Source: Longimicrobiales bacterium (lineage in GTDB: Bacteria; Gemmatimonadota; Gemmatimonadetes; Longimicrobiales; Gaopeijiaceae). From it: a stretch of 64,000 bases of DNA. The stretch is taken from NCBI GenBank assembly GCA_965248195.1, contig CBDFIQ010000002.1, positions 1,824,001 through 1,888,000 of the forward strand, in the 5' to 3' direction. Made by a program: the position numbers and the translations under genes. Shown one piece after another: positions 39,961-49,423 of the stretch. The notes below the pieces were generated by a model. The model saw only the letters and a list, made by a program, of their open reading frames with translations. It was not told the origin of the DNA and searched no databases. How positions within the stretch are numbered: position 1 is the first letter of the stretch; every line of letters starts with the position of its first letter.

Positions 39961-40952
39961 GCCGTGCTGCCCGATTCGATGAGGCGAGCCAGTTCCCGCA
40001 CGAAGTGAGAGACCATCGACGCCTCGGCTGCTCGGTCCGCGACATGGATCGCATTTTCGATCGCCTTCGGCGGTGAGGCTCCATGGCAAATGATGGGAAT
40101 TCCGTTCACACCGAGCAGTGGCGCGCCGCCGGTCTCGGTGTAGTCCAACAACCGGAAAACTTCCTCGAGATCCTGGCTGGCGTGAGCGTCGCCCAAGGCA
40201 TTCGTCAACAGGCCCACGATGAAGCTCGCCACAGACTCGTAAAACTTGAGAAGCACGTTCCCGACGAATCCGTCACACACGAGAACGTCGCATCCACCCT
40301 CGACAATTCCGCGGCCTTCAACGTTGCCGACGAAGTTGAGACCGCTTGCCATCAACGCCTCGTATGTCGCCACAGCCAGCTCGTCACCTTTCTTCGGCTC
40401 CTCGCCGATGTTGAGAAGCGCGATACGGGGTTCGGCAATACCCATCAAGTCCTGCGCGTACACCTTTCCCAAGTGGGCGAACTGGACGAGCTGGTGTGGC
40501 TTGCAATCGACATTCGCGCCCGCATCCAAGAGCAACAGCGGACCGCCGGCGGAAGGGACCACCGTACCGATTGCTGGACGATCCACCCCCTCCAAAGGCC
40601 GGAGGATCAATAGCGATGCCGCCATGACGGCACCCGTAGACCCTGCGCTGATGAACGCGTCGGCCTCTCCTTTCTTATGAAGGCCCACGCCCACGGCGAT
40701 AGAGGAGTCAGGCTTTCGCCTCAGCACGGTCGAAGCCGGCTCGCCCGGCAAGACCCGTTCAGAGGCATGAACGATGCTCAGTCGGTCGGTCGGAAACCCG
40801 GTGTGCTTGGCTAGTTCAGCCTGGAGCACATCGGAGTCCCCGACCAGGACAATTTCGAAATTGGTTTCAGGATTTCTCAGAGCCTCGATGGCGCCGGCGA
40901 CCTCGGCCACGGGGGCCGTATCGGTCCCCATGGCGTCAAGAGCAATCCGCAC
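39957..40952 (-). CDS. plsX: Phosphate acyltransferase
   Basis: IALDAMGTD, SAGSTGA, DGFVGNVLLK, GGAPLLG. Confidence 0.97.
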   Translation of the reverse strand: MRIALDAMGTDTAPVAEVAGAIEALRNPETNFEIVLVGDSDVLQAELAKHTGFPTDRLSIVHASERVLPGEPASTVLRRKPDSSIAVGVGLHKKGEADAFISAGSTGAVMAASLLILRPLEGVDRPAIGTVVPSAGGPLLLLDAGANVDCKPHQLVQFAHLGKVYAQDLMGIAEPRIALLNIGEEPKKGDELAVATYEALMASGLNFVGNVEGRGIVEGGCDVLVCDGFVGNVLLKFYESVASFIVGLLTNALGDAHASQDLEEVFRLLDYTETGGAPLLGVNGIPIICHGASPPKAIENAIHVADRAAEASMVSHFVRELARLIESGSTA

Positions 40953-40976
40953 GTCGATCGATCCCGTTCCTCGAAG

Positions 40977-41159
40977 TCAGTCCAAGTCCGGGTCCAGCAC
41001 CTGCTCTCCACCGTAGTACCCACAGCTTGGGCACACTCGATGCGGGATCTTGGGATCACCACACCGAGAGCAAGTATTCGTGACCACAGGCTCAGCTTTG
41101 TAATGAGTGCGACGTTTACGCTTGCGTTGCTTCGAAGTTCTCTTCTTTGGTACAGCCAT
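40977..41159 (-). CDS. rpmF: 50S ribosomal protein L32 (Zn-binding form)
   Basis: MAVPKKRTSK...CxxC...HRVCxxCGYY. Confidence 0.98.
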   Translation of the reverse strand: MAVPKKRTSKQRKRKRRTHYKAEPVVTNTCSRCGDPKIPHRVCPSCGYYGGEQVLDPDLD

Positions 41160-41168
41160 CGGTCTAGC

Positions 41169-41678
41169 TCACCTGTTCTCGAGTGCTCGGAGGGCATCCC
41201 ACCGTGGGTCCACGCCTCCCGGCGAACACTTACATACGGACTCGTTCAGATTCTCACCACATCCGGCGCACAGACCACGACAATCGACCCGGCATTCCGC
41301 GAAGGCGGGGATGGCGAGGATCACCTCGTCACGCAGGTACGGTCCGAGGTCGATCTCTCGGACCCCCATTTCGAGGCGGTACGTTTCACTATCGTCCCCC
41401 TCCAACAGATCCGACGGCGTGAAGAGAAGTGTGATATCGATTTCGACCTGCCGGTCAACACGATCGAGGCATCGACGGCATTCTTGGCCCACTGTACCCA
41501 CCACCCCACCCCGCACAAGCAACTCGCCTGAGCCCGCCCATGTGGCGTTCAGGACAACCTGAAGGGGCTCTTCGTACGCGAACGGAAACCCCTCGAAGAG
41601 GTCGTCCTCCGCCTCAAACCGCCCCTCGACTCGTAGCGTTCGCCGTCGCTCCAGGTCACCGAGATCGACTTTGAGCAT
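41169..41678 (-). CDS. YceD/DUF177 family protein
   Basis: CRRCL, C..DCRGLC..CG.NLN, DPRW..L; adjacent to rpmF. Confidence 0.93.
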   Translation of the reverse strand: MLKVDLGDLERRRTLRVEGRFEAEDDLFEGFPFAYEEPLQVVLNATWAGSGELLVRGGVVGTVGQECRRCLDRVDRQVEIDITLLFTPSDLLEGDDSETYRLEMGVREIDLGPYLRDEVILAIPAFAECRVDCRGLCAGCGENLNESVCKCSPGGVDPRWDALRALENR

Positions 41679-41686
41679 AGTCGGAA

Positions 41687-41715
41687 AAGCTATCCCAAGC
41701 CCCAGGGGGAGTCAA
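41687..41715 (-). promoter_or_regulatory. sigma70 promoter of the yceD-rpmF-plsX-fab operon
   Basis: Minus strand TTGACT-17 nt-TAGCTT, ending 8 nt before the yceD ATG. Confidence 0.65.
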
Positions 41716-41731
41716 CGCGGCCCGAAGCCTT

Positions 41732-42151
41732 CTACAGGCCGAGCCTTTGATGCGCAGAAAAGAAAAACGCGATCTCGGCTGCAGCGTTTTTGTCCGAGTC
41801 GGAGGCGTGAATCGCATTGCGCTCTTTCGATTCCGCAAACAGCTTGCGAACCGTTCCATCATCGGCCTCGGCCGGATCGGTCGCCCCGACCACCGTACGA
41901 AGCTCGGCGACCGCATTCTCGGCCTCCAAGACCATGGAAATCACGGCGCCCGATGTCATGAAGGTCACCAAAGAGTCGAAGAATGGGCGCTCCTTGTGGA
42001 CGGCGTAAAACGCTCCCGCCTGGACCGTGTTCATCCGGGTCATTTTCAAGGCCCTGACCGCAAAGCCGGCAGCTTCGAGGTGGGCAAGAATATGTCCCGC
42101 TTTACCGGACTGCACCGCATCCGGTTTTATGATTCCGAGCGTAAGGCTCAT
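41732..42151 (-). CDS. ndk: Nucleoside diphosphate kinase
   Basis: IIKPDAV, GATDP, NAIHASDS. Confidence 0.97.
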   Translation of the reverse strand: MSLTLGIIKPDAVQSGKAGHILAHLEAAGFAVRALKMTRMNTVQAGAFYAVHKERPFFDSLVTFMTSGAVISMVLEAENAVAELRTVVGATDPAEADDGTVRKLFAESKERNAIHASDSDKNAAAEIAFFFSAHQRLGL

Positions 42152-42157
42152 TTACGT

Positions 42158-43105
42158 CTATTCCTCAGGCTTGAACGAAGTATCGGGGAAAAGCCACCGA
42201 AGGACTCCCCCACGTGTGAGTAGGCCGACCACCTCTCCCTCTCGGATTACCGGAAGCTGTTCGACATCCCGATTCACCATGATCGACGCCGCCTCGATAA
42301 GGCTCTGTTCTTCCGAGACGCACATTACGGTACGGGTCATGATTTCCCTCGCCGTCAGCTCCACCCGGGCGGACTCAGAGCTCCCCCCGACGCTTTCTAC
42401 TCGGGCCTGCGAGACGAGCTCATTCAACGTCTCCCCGGTCGTGATGACGCCGAGAAACTCGTAATCCTCGCCCACCACGGGAACTGCCTGGAGCCCCCTT
42501 CTGACCATCAGATCCGCCACCTCGGAGTATGGCGTATCGGGATACACCCGGTACTGGATGGGCTCGACCACGTCCTCCACAAGAAGACTCCGATGGGGAT
42601 CGAGATCCATGAACCCCGCTACCCTCAAAACGCCATGGGCGGATCGGGCTCTCAAGAGCGGCGTCACCCTCTCTTCTTCCCGGAAAAACCGCTGCAGGGT
42701 GGGGAGCACCCGATCCCTCAGGGTAATGACGCGCCGGGGTGTAACCATTACCAAGACCATCTCGGACGCGGTTCCGGGTGTGGGAGCGCCGTCGGCGCTC
42801 GCCTCGGCGCGGCCTGCACCCGAAGCTGCCTCGGTTCCCTCCGCCGTAAATGGCGCAAGTGAAACCCCGATGACCGCAGAGATTTCCTCGACGGCCTCGG
42901 ACTCCGCGAAAACCACCACGACGCGCTCGTGTACACGATGGATTTCTCCAGATACGCCCCCAACGAGATCTGCGGCGAGCTTCTTGGCGTCCTCGTCCGA
43001 GACCCCCGTAACGGCTCGGAACGCACTCGTCAAAGCCGACGCGAGATCCGGCGCATCGAGCGGCACGAGGATCGCCCCGCGGCGAAGCATTTCGACGATC
43101 TTCAT
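42158..43105 (-). CDS. CBS-pair protein with degenerate PTS EIIA-like N-terminal domain
   Basis: Two C-terminal CBS domains (AVPVV..GVIT; QLPVI..VGLLT). N-terminus MK..EML....ILVPL.A.D...AL resembles EIIA starts. Confidence 0.75.
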   Translation of the reverse strand: MKIVEMLRRGAILVPLDAPDLASALTSAFRAVTGVSDEDAKKLAADLVGGVSGEIHRVHERVVVVFAESEAVEEISAVIGVSLAPFTAEGTEAASGAGRAEASADGAPTPGTASEMVLVMVTPRRVITLRDRVLPTLQRFFREEERVTPLLRARSAHGVLRVAGFMDLDPHRSLLVEDVVEPIQYRVYPDTPYSEVADLMVRRGLQAVPVVGEDYEFLGVITTGETLNELVSQARVESVGGSSESARVELTAREIMTRTVMCVSEEQSLIEAASIMVNRDVEQLPVIREGEVVGLLTRGGVLRWLFPDTSFKPEE

Positions 43106-43132
43106 TTGTCCTCCCACGAAGATCCGAGCAAA

Positions 43133-44020
43133 CTAAGCAGAAAGCACGCCCTGGATCAGGCCGACAATATCAGCGGGGCGTTTGGCCACCGCGATGCCGT
43201 TCTCCGCAAAGGCCTTCATCTTTTCTTCCGCGGTCCCCGAGGAACCACTGATGATCGCACCTGCATGACCCATGCGGCGGCCCGGGGGAGCGGTCTGGCC
43301 GGCAACGAATCCTACGACGGGGACATTCAGATTCGCGCCCACCCACTCAGCCGCCTCCTGCTCATCGGTACCCCCGATTTCCCCGATCATGACGATCGCT
43401 TCCGTATCGCCGTCGGCGGCGAAGGCCTCGAGCGCATCGACGAAGTTCGTCCCGATGAGGGGATCACCTCCGATCCCCACACAAGTCGTCTGCCCGACCC
43501 CCGCATTCGTCAAGAGGACTACTGCCTCATATGTGAGCGTTCCCGAACGAGAGATCACGCCGACGGGCCCTGGGGTCACGATGTCGCCCGAGATAATACC
43601 CACCTTCGCCTTCCCCGGAGAGATGACACCAGGACAGTTGGGCCCCAGGACCCGCGCCCCGTGATCACGGGCGAAGGCATGCGCCCGGGCCATGTCCTGC
43701 ACAGGGATTCCCTCGGTGATGGCCACGACCAACGAGATCCCCGCATCCGCAGCCTCCTCGACCGCGCTCGCAGCAAAGGCTGGCGGCACGTACACCGCCG
43801 AGGTGTTGGCTCCGGTCTGGTCCACCGCTTCATCCATGGAGTCGAAGATCGGCACGCCCTTACCCTCGGGACCCTCGAAGGTCTGCCCACCCTTCCCCGG
43901 GGTAACACCCGCGACCACAGCGGTGCCGTACTCCATCATCTGAAACGTGTGGAAGGACCCATCCCGTCCCGTGATGCCTTGGACCACCAACTTGGTATTC
44001 TTGTCGACTAGAATCGCCAT
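43133..44020 (-). CDS. sucD: Succinyl-CoA synthetase alpha subunit
   Basis: [27 protein letters not shown]. Confidence 0.98.
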   Translation of the reverse strand: MAILVDKNTKLVVQGITGRDGSFHTFQMMEYGTAVVAGVTPGKGGQTFEGPEGKGVPIFDSMDEAVDQTGANTSAVYVPPAFAASAVEEAADAGISLVVAITEGIPVQDMARAHAFARDHGARVLGPNCPGVISPGKAKVGIISGDIVTPGPVGVISRSGTLTYEAVVLLTNAGVGQTTCVGIGGDPLIGTNFVDALEAFAADGDTEAIVMIGEIGGTDEQEAAEWVGANLNVPVVGFVAGQTAPPGRRMGHAGAIISGSSGTAEEKMKAFAENGIAVAKRPADIVGLIQGVLSA

Positions 44021-44077
44021 CTATTGTCTCTTATTACTCATCCGTGAGGAGACCCGGTCCACCGTCCCGCTGTGCCA

Positions 44078-45214
44078 CTAACCAGCGTTCACCATCTCGA
44101 CGGCTCGCTCAACCACGTCGTCCATGGACGAAAACGCCAAGAATCCGGCTTCGGCAAGAATGGCGAGCCCTTCTTCTTCGTTGGTCCCGGTGAGGCGAAT
44201 CACGATCGGAGGTGCGATGTCGATGCGCGTCGTCGCCTCCACGATTCCGCGCGCCACATCGTCACCTCGGGTAATCCCTCCGAAAATATTGAACAGGATG
44301 ACCTTCACGTTCGGATCCGAGGCAATGATCTCCAGCGCGGACACGACCTTCTCCGGGTTCGAGGAGCCTCCAATATCGAGAAAATTAGCGGGCTCTCCGC
44401 CGTAATACTTCACGAGGTCCATGGTGGCCATGGCTAGCCCCGCGCCATTGACGCAGCACCCCACATTCCCGTCTAGCTTGACGTAGCTGAGATCGGCTTC
44501 CCGCGCCTTGGTCTCGGCGGCGGGTTCCGCCGATAGATCCCTGTATTCGACCAGCTCCGGACGCCTGAAAAGCTCACTGTCGTCGATGCTCATTTTGGCA
44601 TCGATCGCCTTGACCTCTCCCGATTTCGTCGTGATGAGAGGATTGATCTCGATCAACGATGCCCCACTGGACGTGAACGCATCGTACAGCTGGCGGATGA
44701 TTCTTGCCGCCTGCTTCACAATGCCCGGATCGTCGTAGAGCGACTTCGCCAACCAATATCCCTGGTGAGACATGAGGCCATAGCGGGGATCGACGGTGAG
44801 CTTGCGGATTGCATCCGGATCGGAGTGCGCGACTTCCTCGATGTCGATCCCGCCCTCGGCCGACACGATGAACGTGGCTGCCTGGGATTTTCGGTCCACC
44901 AGGATACCCACGTACGCCTCCGTATCGATATCTTCCGCGGGAGTGACAAGAACCTTTTCGACCGTGAGATCAGCTATGGTCATGCCCAGAATCGCCTCGG
45001 CGTGCTCACGGACTTCGTCAGCGGTCGTTGCCAGCTTCACCCCACCGGCCTTGCCCCGTCCGCCAGAGTGCACCTGAGCCTTCACTACCACGGTCCCTCC
45101 ATACTGCTCCGCGATCGACACCGCCTCTTTGGGCGTGGTGGCAATCTCTCCGGGGGGCACCGGAATTCCATGGGCCCGTAGGATTTCCTTAGCCTGATAC
45201 TCGTGGATATTCAT
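44078..45214 (-). CDS. sucC: Succinyl-CoA synthetase beta subunit
   Basis: MNIHEYQAK, GGRGKAGG, NGAGLAMATMD. Confidence 0.98.
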   Translation of the reverse strand: MNIHEYQAKEILRAHGIPVPPGEIATTPKEAVSIAEQYGGTVVVKAQVHSGGRGKAGGVKLATTADEVREHAEAILGMTIADLTVEKVLVTPAEDIDTEAYVGILVDRKSQAATFIVSAEGGIDIEEVAHSDPDAIRKLTVDPRYGLMSHQGYWLAKSLYDDPGIVKQAARIIRQLYDAFTSSGASLIEINPLITTKSGEVKAIDAKMSIDDSELFRRPELVEYRDLSAEPAAETKAREADLSYVKLDGNVGCCVNGAGLAMATMDLVKYYGGEPANFLDIGGSSNPEKVVSALEIIASDPNVKVILFNIFGGITRGDDVARGIVEATTRIDIAPPIVIRLTGTNEEEGLAILAEAGFLAFSSMDDVVERAVEMVNAG

Positions 45215-45255
45215 GCGAGCCTAATGTCAGATGGTAAGGGGAAAGCCCGTGATTC

Positions 45256-48018
45256 CTAGTTGACCGCGCCTGAGGAGAGTCGCTCGAGCAGGGCCCGGAG
45301 TTCGGCGAGCGCCTCTCCGAAACGCTGAAAATCTCCGGTTCGCAGGGCGGCATCCGCCGCCTCGAGGAGCGCCAGGGCCTCAGCAGGCCATTGGTCGGTG
45401 TCCAGGGAGGGAAGATCTGACGAGGCTTCTGGGAAGAACAACTGAGGGGCAGCCGCATCGGCGAGCCGGGCCAGCGCCTGGATCGATTCCTGAAGCGTTT
45501 CCTCCATCGTGACACGGTACCCGTCGCTCACAACGAAGCGCCTCAGTTCGGGGATCGCATCCTCCTCGGCCGCGAGGAACACGGGCTCCATGTAGAGAAG
45601 CGTCCGGTCGACCGGTACTAGATGCAGATGCCCCGTCCACACCTGGCTTCCTCCGGTTCTCCAGAGCGAGAACTGTTGTGAGATCACCGGATCCTGCTCG
45701 ATCAGCGCCTCCACCTGACGTGGCCCCGGTACCTGATCCTCGACGGGAACGTCGAACAAAACGAGTTCGCCGTATCGGTCGGGCTCGCTCGAGGCGGTCA
45801 AGATGGCGGTTAGATTTTGCCGTCCACGTGGCACGAACACGGAGGTGAGCAGAAAGTCCCTTTCCTCCTCTCCCGGCAGCCGATACAGCCCGTACTCCGG
45901 CTGATAGGGCACGGGGGTCGTCCCCTGAGCCAACTCCTGGGGCAGGGTCCAGACATCCTGCTGGCCATGGAAGAGTGGAGCCGTCTCCTGGTGGTATTGA
46001 AAAAGGACCCGGGCCTGGAGGCCCAGCATGGTCCGGGGGTAACGGATGTGGTCGCGCAACCCCTCCGGCATGTCACTCAAGGGCCGAAACAGCGTAGGAA
46101 AGCCTCGAGCGTACGCCTTGAGCAGTGGATCCACGTCGTCGACGATGTAGAAAGCCACCTCGCCCGTGACTCCGTCGATCGTGATCTTCACGCTGTTTCG
46201 GGCGTACCTGACGGGCCTTCCCGCCTCGAGATCGTGCAGAGTCGACAGGGGGAAAGAGCTAGTGCCCGTGAACCCCTCTAGAATCCAGACGATCCGCCCC
46301 TCGTAAATGACCGGGTACGGTGCCTCGGGGAACCGGAGGAGTTGACCGGAGATTTGTCCCACGCGCTCCAGAACGTCCCTTCGGAAAACGAAGCGGCTGG
46401 TCCGATTCACCTCCGAAGCGAAGAGCAGATTCGCATCCCTGAAGCGCCAGGCGAGCGCGAGCGTCTTCAGGGGGGAGTCGAGTTGTATTCCCTCGGGAAA
46501 GTCGATACCGGCCCGTCGCGCACCCCCGTCCCCACCCGCGGGATCCCCCATATCTTCAGGATTGACCACAGCATAGACCTGGCGGCGCGCTCCCACGTAT
46601 ACATTCGGACGAGTCAGCCTGAGAGCTTCTGGTGCCGTCTCATTCGCCGAAAATTCCGGGGGGATCCCAGACACGAACATCGTGGGACGCCCCTCGGGGG
46701 TACGGACCGTCGCCGCGCTGACGACCGCTCCCATCCCTCGGATGTAGTCGTCCCGGAGATGTATATTCTGCCAGTTCGGATCCTGGATTCCCCTCGGAAG
46801 AACCTCTCGTACAGCTATCGCTACCGGGACCAACCCATCCGGACCCTCGTAGCGATCCACGGTCACGCCCGAAAAATCGTAATATGGGAAACGGGCCTCC
46901 AACTCTCTGTAGGTCGTCAGAAGCGCCTGCGAGCTCCAAACGGGAAGCCCCTCGAACTGGGAGGCCGCCGCTTGCCAGTCCACGTCGGGGGTCCGCTCGT
47001 AGTCGAACTCACGCCGCTCCAGATTCGTCAGGTCGAAGCCCATCCGAGTGAACCGCATGTTCTCGAGGATGAACGGCGATTCCCGTTCTAGTTCATTGGG
47101 CTCTACACGAAAGCGCTGGATAAACGAGGGATACGCCTGTCCCACGGCCAGCCCACCCACGATCAAGAGTCCGGAGGCAACGATGAGGGGCAGCGGGCGA
47201 TTCTTGAAACCGCTCCACAGCGCAGCGGCGGACACGGAAAGAGCGAGCAGGCCGAGGATACTGTATGCCGGCATACGCGCCTCGGCGTCGGTAAATCCGA
47301 AGATTCCCTGTACGCCAGAGGTGCCGTTGAGCAGAAGGACGTAACGCGCGAGCCAGAACTGCGCCGCCAACATGAGGCAGAACGCAGCGACGATAACCGC
47401 GAGGTGCACCCGGGGTCGTTCCTCGACCACGAATCGCCCTGGCCCCCATTGGAGGGCCCCGGTGGCCGCATATCCAACCGTGACGAGCGCAAAGACGAGG
47501 AAGGCAGCGAAGAGCCCGAGGGTCACGACCAGTCTAAGAAGAGGCAACAAGATGACGAAAAACGTCAAATCCTTTCCCAGGAAGGGATCCGTCACGCCCC
47601 ATTCCGGTGCATTCAGAAGATAGAGAAGGTTGAGACCCATAGACCCAGGGACGGAGGCCCCAAACCATGCCCCGAGCAACGCGGAAAGCACCGCCACGCT
47701 CCAAACCACAACGGTCTCGGAGATTTGCTCCGAGATCACGAGGTCGCCCACCCGGCGCTTGATCTTGATTCCACCGAGCGAACGGGCGATGAACCGCAGG
47801 TTGAAGAAGCACAGCACGCCCACCAACCCGAATACGATCAGGCGTGCGCCCCACTCCCAGACAACCCGAGTCCAGAAGACCGACGAGTAGCCCAGGGAGT
47901 CGAACCACAGGATTTCGATATAGGCGTTGGCTGCGATCCGCCCGACCACCAGGATCGTCAGCAACGCGATCACCAGCGCCAGCAAGAGGCGCCCCCCCCT
48001 CAAATCTCGGATTTTCAC
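45256..48018 (-). CDS. UPF0182 family membrane protein
   Basis: LWFDSLGY..VF, DP..GKD..FF, PNELERE.PFI, RNSVK..IDG..G.V.FY, HIRYP. Confidence 0.92.
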   Translation of the reverse strand: MKIRDLRGGRLLLALVIALLTILVVGRIAANAYIEILWFDSLGYSSVFWTRVVWEWGARLIVFGLVGVLCFFNLRFIARSLGGIKIKRRVGDLVISEQISETVVVWSVAVLSALLGAWFGASVPGSMGLNLLYLLNAPEWGVTDPFLGKDLTFFVILLPLLRLVVTLGLFAAFLVFALVTVGYAATGALQWGPGRFVVEERPRVHLAVIVAAFCLMLAAQFWLARYVLLLNGTSGVQGIFGFTDAEARMPAYSILGLLALSVSAAALWSGFKNRPLPLIVASGLLIVGGLAVGQAYPSFIQRFRVEPNELERESPFILENMRFTRMGFDLTNLERREFDYERTPDVDWQAAASQFEGLPVWSSQALLTTYRELEARFPYYDFSGVTVDRYEGPDGLVPVAIAVREVLPRGIQDPNWQNIHLRDDYIRGMGAVVSAATVRTPEGRPTMFVSGIPPEFSANETAPEALRLTRPNVYVGARRQVYAVVNPEDMGDPAGGDGGARRAGIDFPEGIQLDSPLKTLALAWRFRDANLLFASEVNRTSRFVFRRDVLERVGQISGQLLRFPEAPYPVIYEGRIVWILEGFTGTSSFPLSTLHDLEAGRPVRYARNSVKITIDGVTGEVAFYIVDDVDPLLKAYARGFPTLFRPLSDMPEGLRDHIRYPRTMLGLQARVLFQYHQETAPLFHGQQDVWTLPQELAQGTTPVPYQPEYGLYRLPGEEERDFLLTSVFVPRGRQNLTAILTASSEPDRYGELVLFDVPVEDQVPGPRQVEALIEQDPVISQQFSLWRTGGSQVWTGHLHLVPVDRTLLYMEPVFLAAEEDAIPELRRFVVSDGYRVTMEETLQESIQALARLADAAAPQLFFPEASSDLPSLDTDQWPAEALALLEAADAALRTGDFQRFGEALAELRALLERLSSGAVN

Positions 48019-48019
48019 G

Positions 48020-49387
48020 TTATACGGCCACCCCCTTCGTCCGCAGCCAAGATTCCATCTCGCCGCGAATCGCTGTCAGTTGCTCCTCCGTCTCGGCCTC
48101 ATAGCGCACGACGATGATCGCCTGCGTATTGGACGCTCTGAGGAGGCCCCATCCACCCTCGAACTGGACCCGCGCGCCATCGACGTCGATCACGTCTCGG
48201 GTCTCCCTGAAGTGATCCTGTGCCGCCTCCATGATCGCGAACTTGGTCTCCTCGGTCACGTCGATGCGCAACTCCGGTGTGGACACATACACCGGAAAGT
48301 CGGAGACCATCTCCGAAAGAGTACGCCCGGACCGTACGATCAGGTCCACGAGCCGGCAGGCCGCGTACGGCGCATCATCGAACCCGAGGTAATTGTCGGC
48401 CACACAGATGTGGCCGGACAGCTCGCCCCCGAGCGCCGCGCCGGTCTCCCTCATCTTCTCCTTGATCAAGGAGTGCCCAGTCTTCCACATAATGGCGTCC
48501 CCACCGGCCTTCGTAAATTCGTCCGACACGACCTGAGAACATTTTACGTCGAAGACGAGCCGTTGCCCCGGCCCCCGGGCGCGGAGGATGTCGAGCCCGA
48601 ACAACAAGAGCAGAAGGTCTCCGCGAACGATCTGGCCATGCTCGTCAACAGCCCCGATGCGATCCGCGTCTCCGTCGAACCCGATGCCCAACTCTGCCCC
48701 TTCGCGGCGTACCGTGTCGATCAAGTCCACGAGGTTCTCGTCCACCGTGGGATCCGGATGGTGATTGGGGAACGTCCCATCGGACTCGCAATACAGGGGA
48801 ACCACCTCGGCGCCCAGCGCTTCGAGTAACTCGACCCCCACCAGCGATCCGACGCCGTTTCCGCAATCCAGCACCACCTTCACGGGCCGCGAGAGATCAA
48901 ATCGTCCGGCCAGATCGGCCAAATAACGACCCAGGACGTCGACACGTTCGGAGGCTCCCGAGCCTTCGTTGAATTCCCCCTCGAGGATCGCGTGCTTCAC
49001 CGCTTGAATCTGGTCGCCGTAAACCGACATCCCCTGGAGCGTCATCTTGATGCCGTTCCATTCGGGCGGGTTATGGGAACCCGTGACCTGGATGCCACCA
49101 TCCGTGGGAAGGGTCTTCTCGGCCCAGTAGAGCGTGGGCGTGGGGACGGTCCCGATATCCACGGCGTCGGCGCCGGAACTGTTGAGCCCTCGGATCAGGG
49201 CTTCGGCTAGGGCCGGAGAAGAAGGGCGGTTGTCCTGCCCGACAGCGATCCGAGGGTGCCGGCCGAGTCGTTGAGCGGCCAGGGTCGCATAGGCCCGCCC
49301 GACGCCCTCGGAGACCTCGGGGGTCAGCTCATCGTCGACAAGACCACGGATGTCGTACTCACGGAAGATATGTTCAAGCGCCGACAT
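48020..49387 (-). CDS. Phosphomannomutase/phosphoglucomutase (AlgC type)
   Basis: FREYDIRG, TGSHNP, FDGDADR, GELSGH, RASNT. Confidence 0.96.
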   Translation of the reverse strand: MSALEHIFREYDIRGLVDDELTPEVSEGVGRAYATLAAQRLGRHPRIAVGQDNRPSSPALAEALIRGLNSSGADAVDIGTVPTPTLYWAEKTLPTDGGIQVTGSHNPPEWNGIKMTLQGMSVYGDQIQAVKHAILEGEFNEGSGASERVDVLGRYLADLAGRFDLSRPVKVVLDCGNGVGSLVGVELLEALGAEVVPLYCESDGTFPNHHPDPTVDENLVDLIDTVRREGAELGIGFDGDADRIGAVDEHGQIVRGDLLLLLFGLDILRARGPGQRLVFDVKCSQVVSDEFTKAGGDAIMWKTGHSLIKEKMRETGAALGGELSGHICVADNYLGFDDAPYAACRLVDLIVRSGRTLSEMVSDFPVYVSTPELRIDVTEETKFAIMEAAQDHFRETRDVIDVDGARVQFEGGWGLLRASNTQAIIVVRYEAETEEQLTAIRGEMESWLRTKGVAV

Positions 49388-49423
49388 GGAACCGTCGCAA
49401 GTTGAAGTGCGTGTCTGTGCGAG

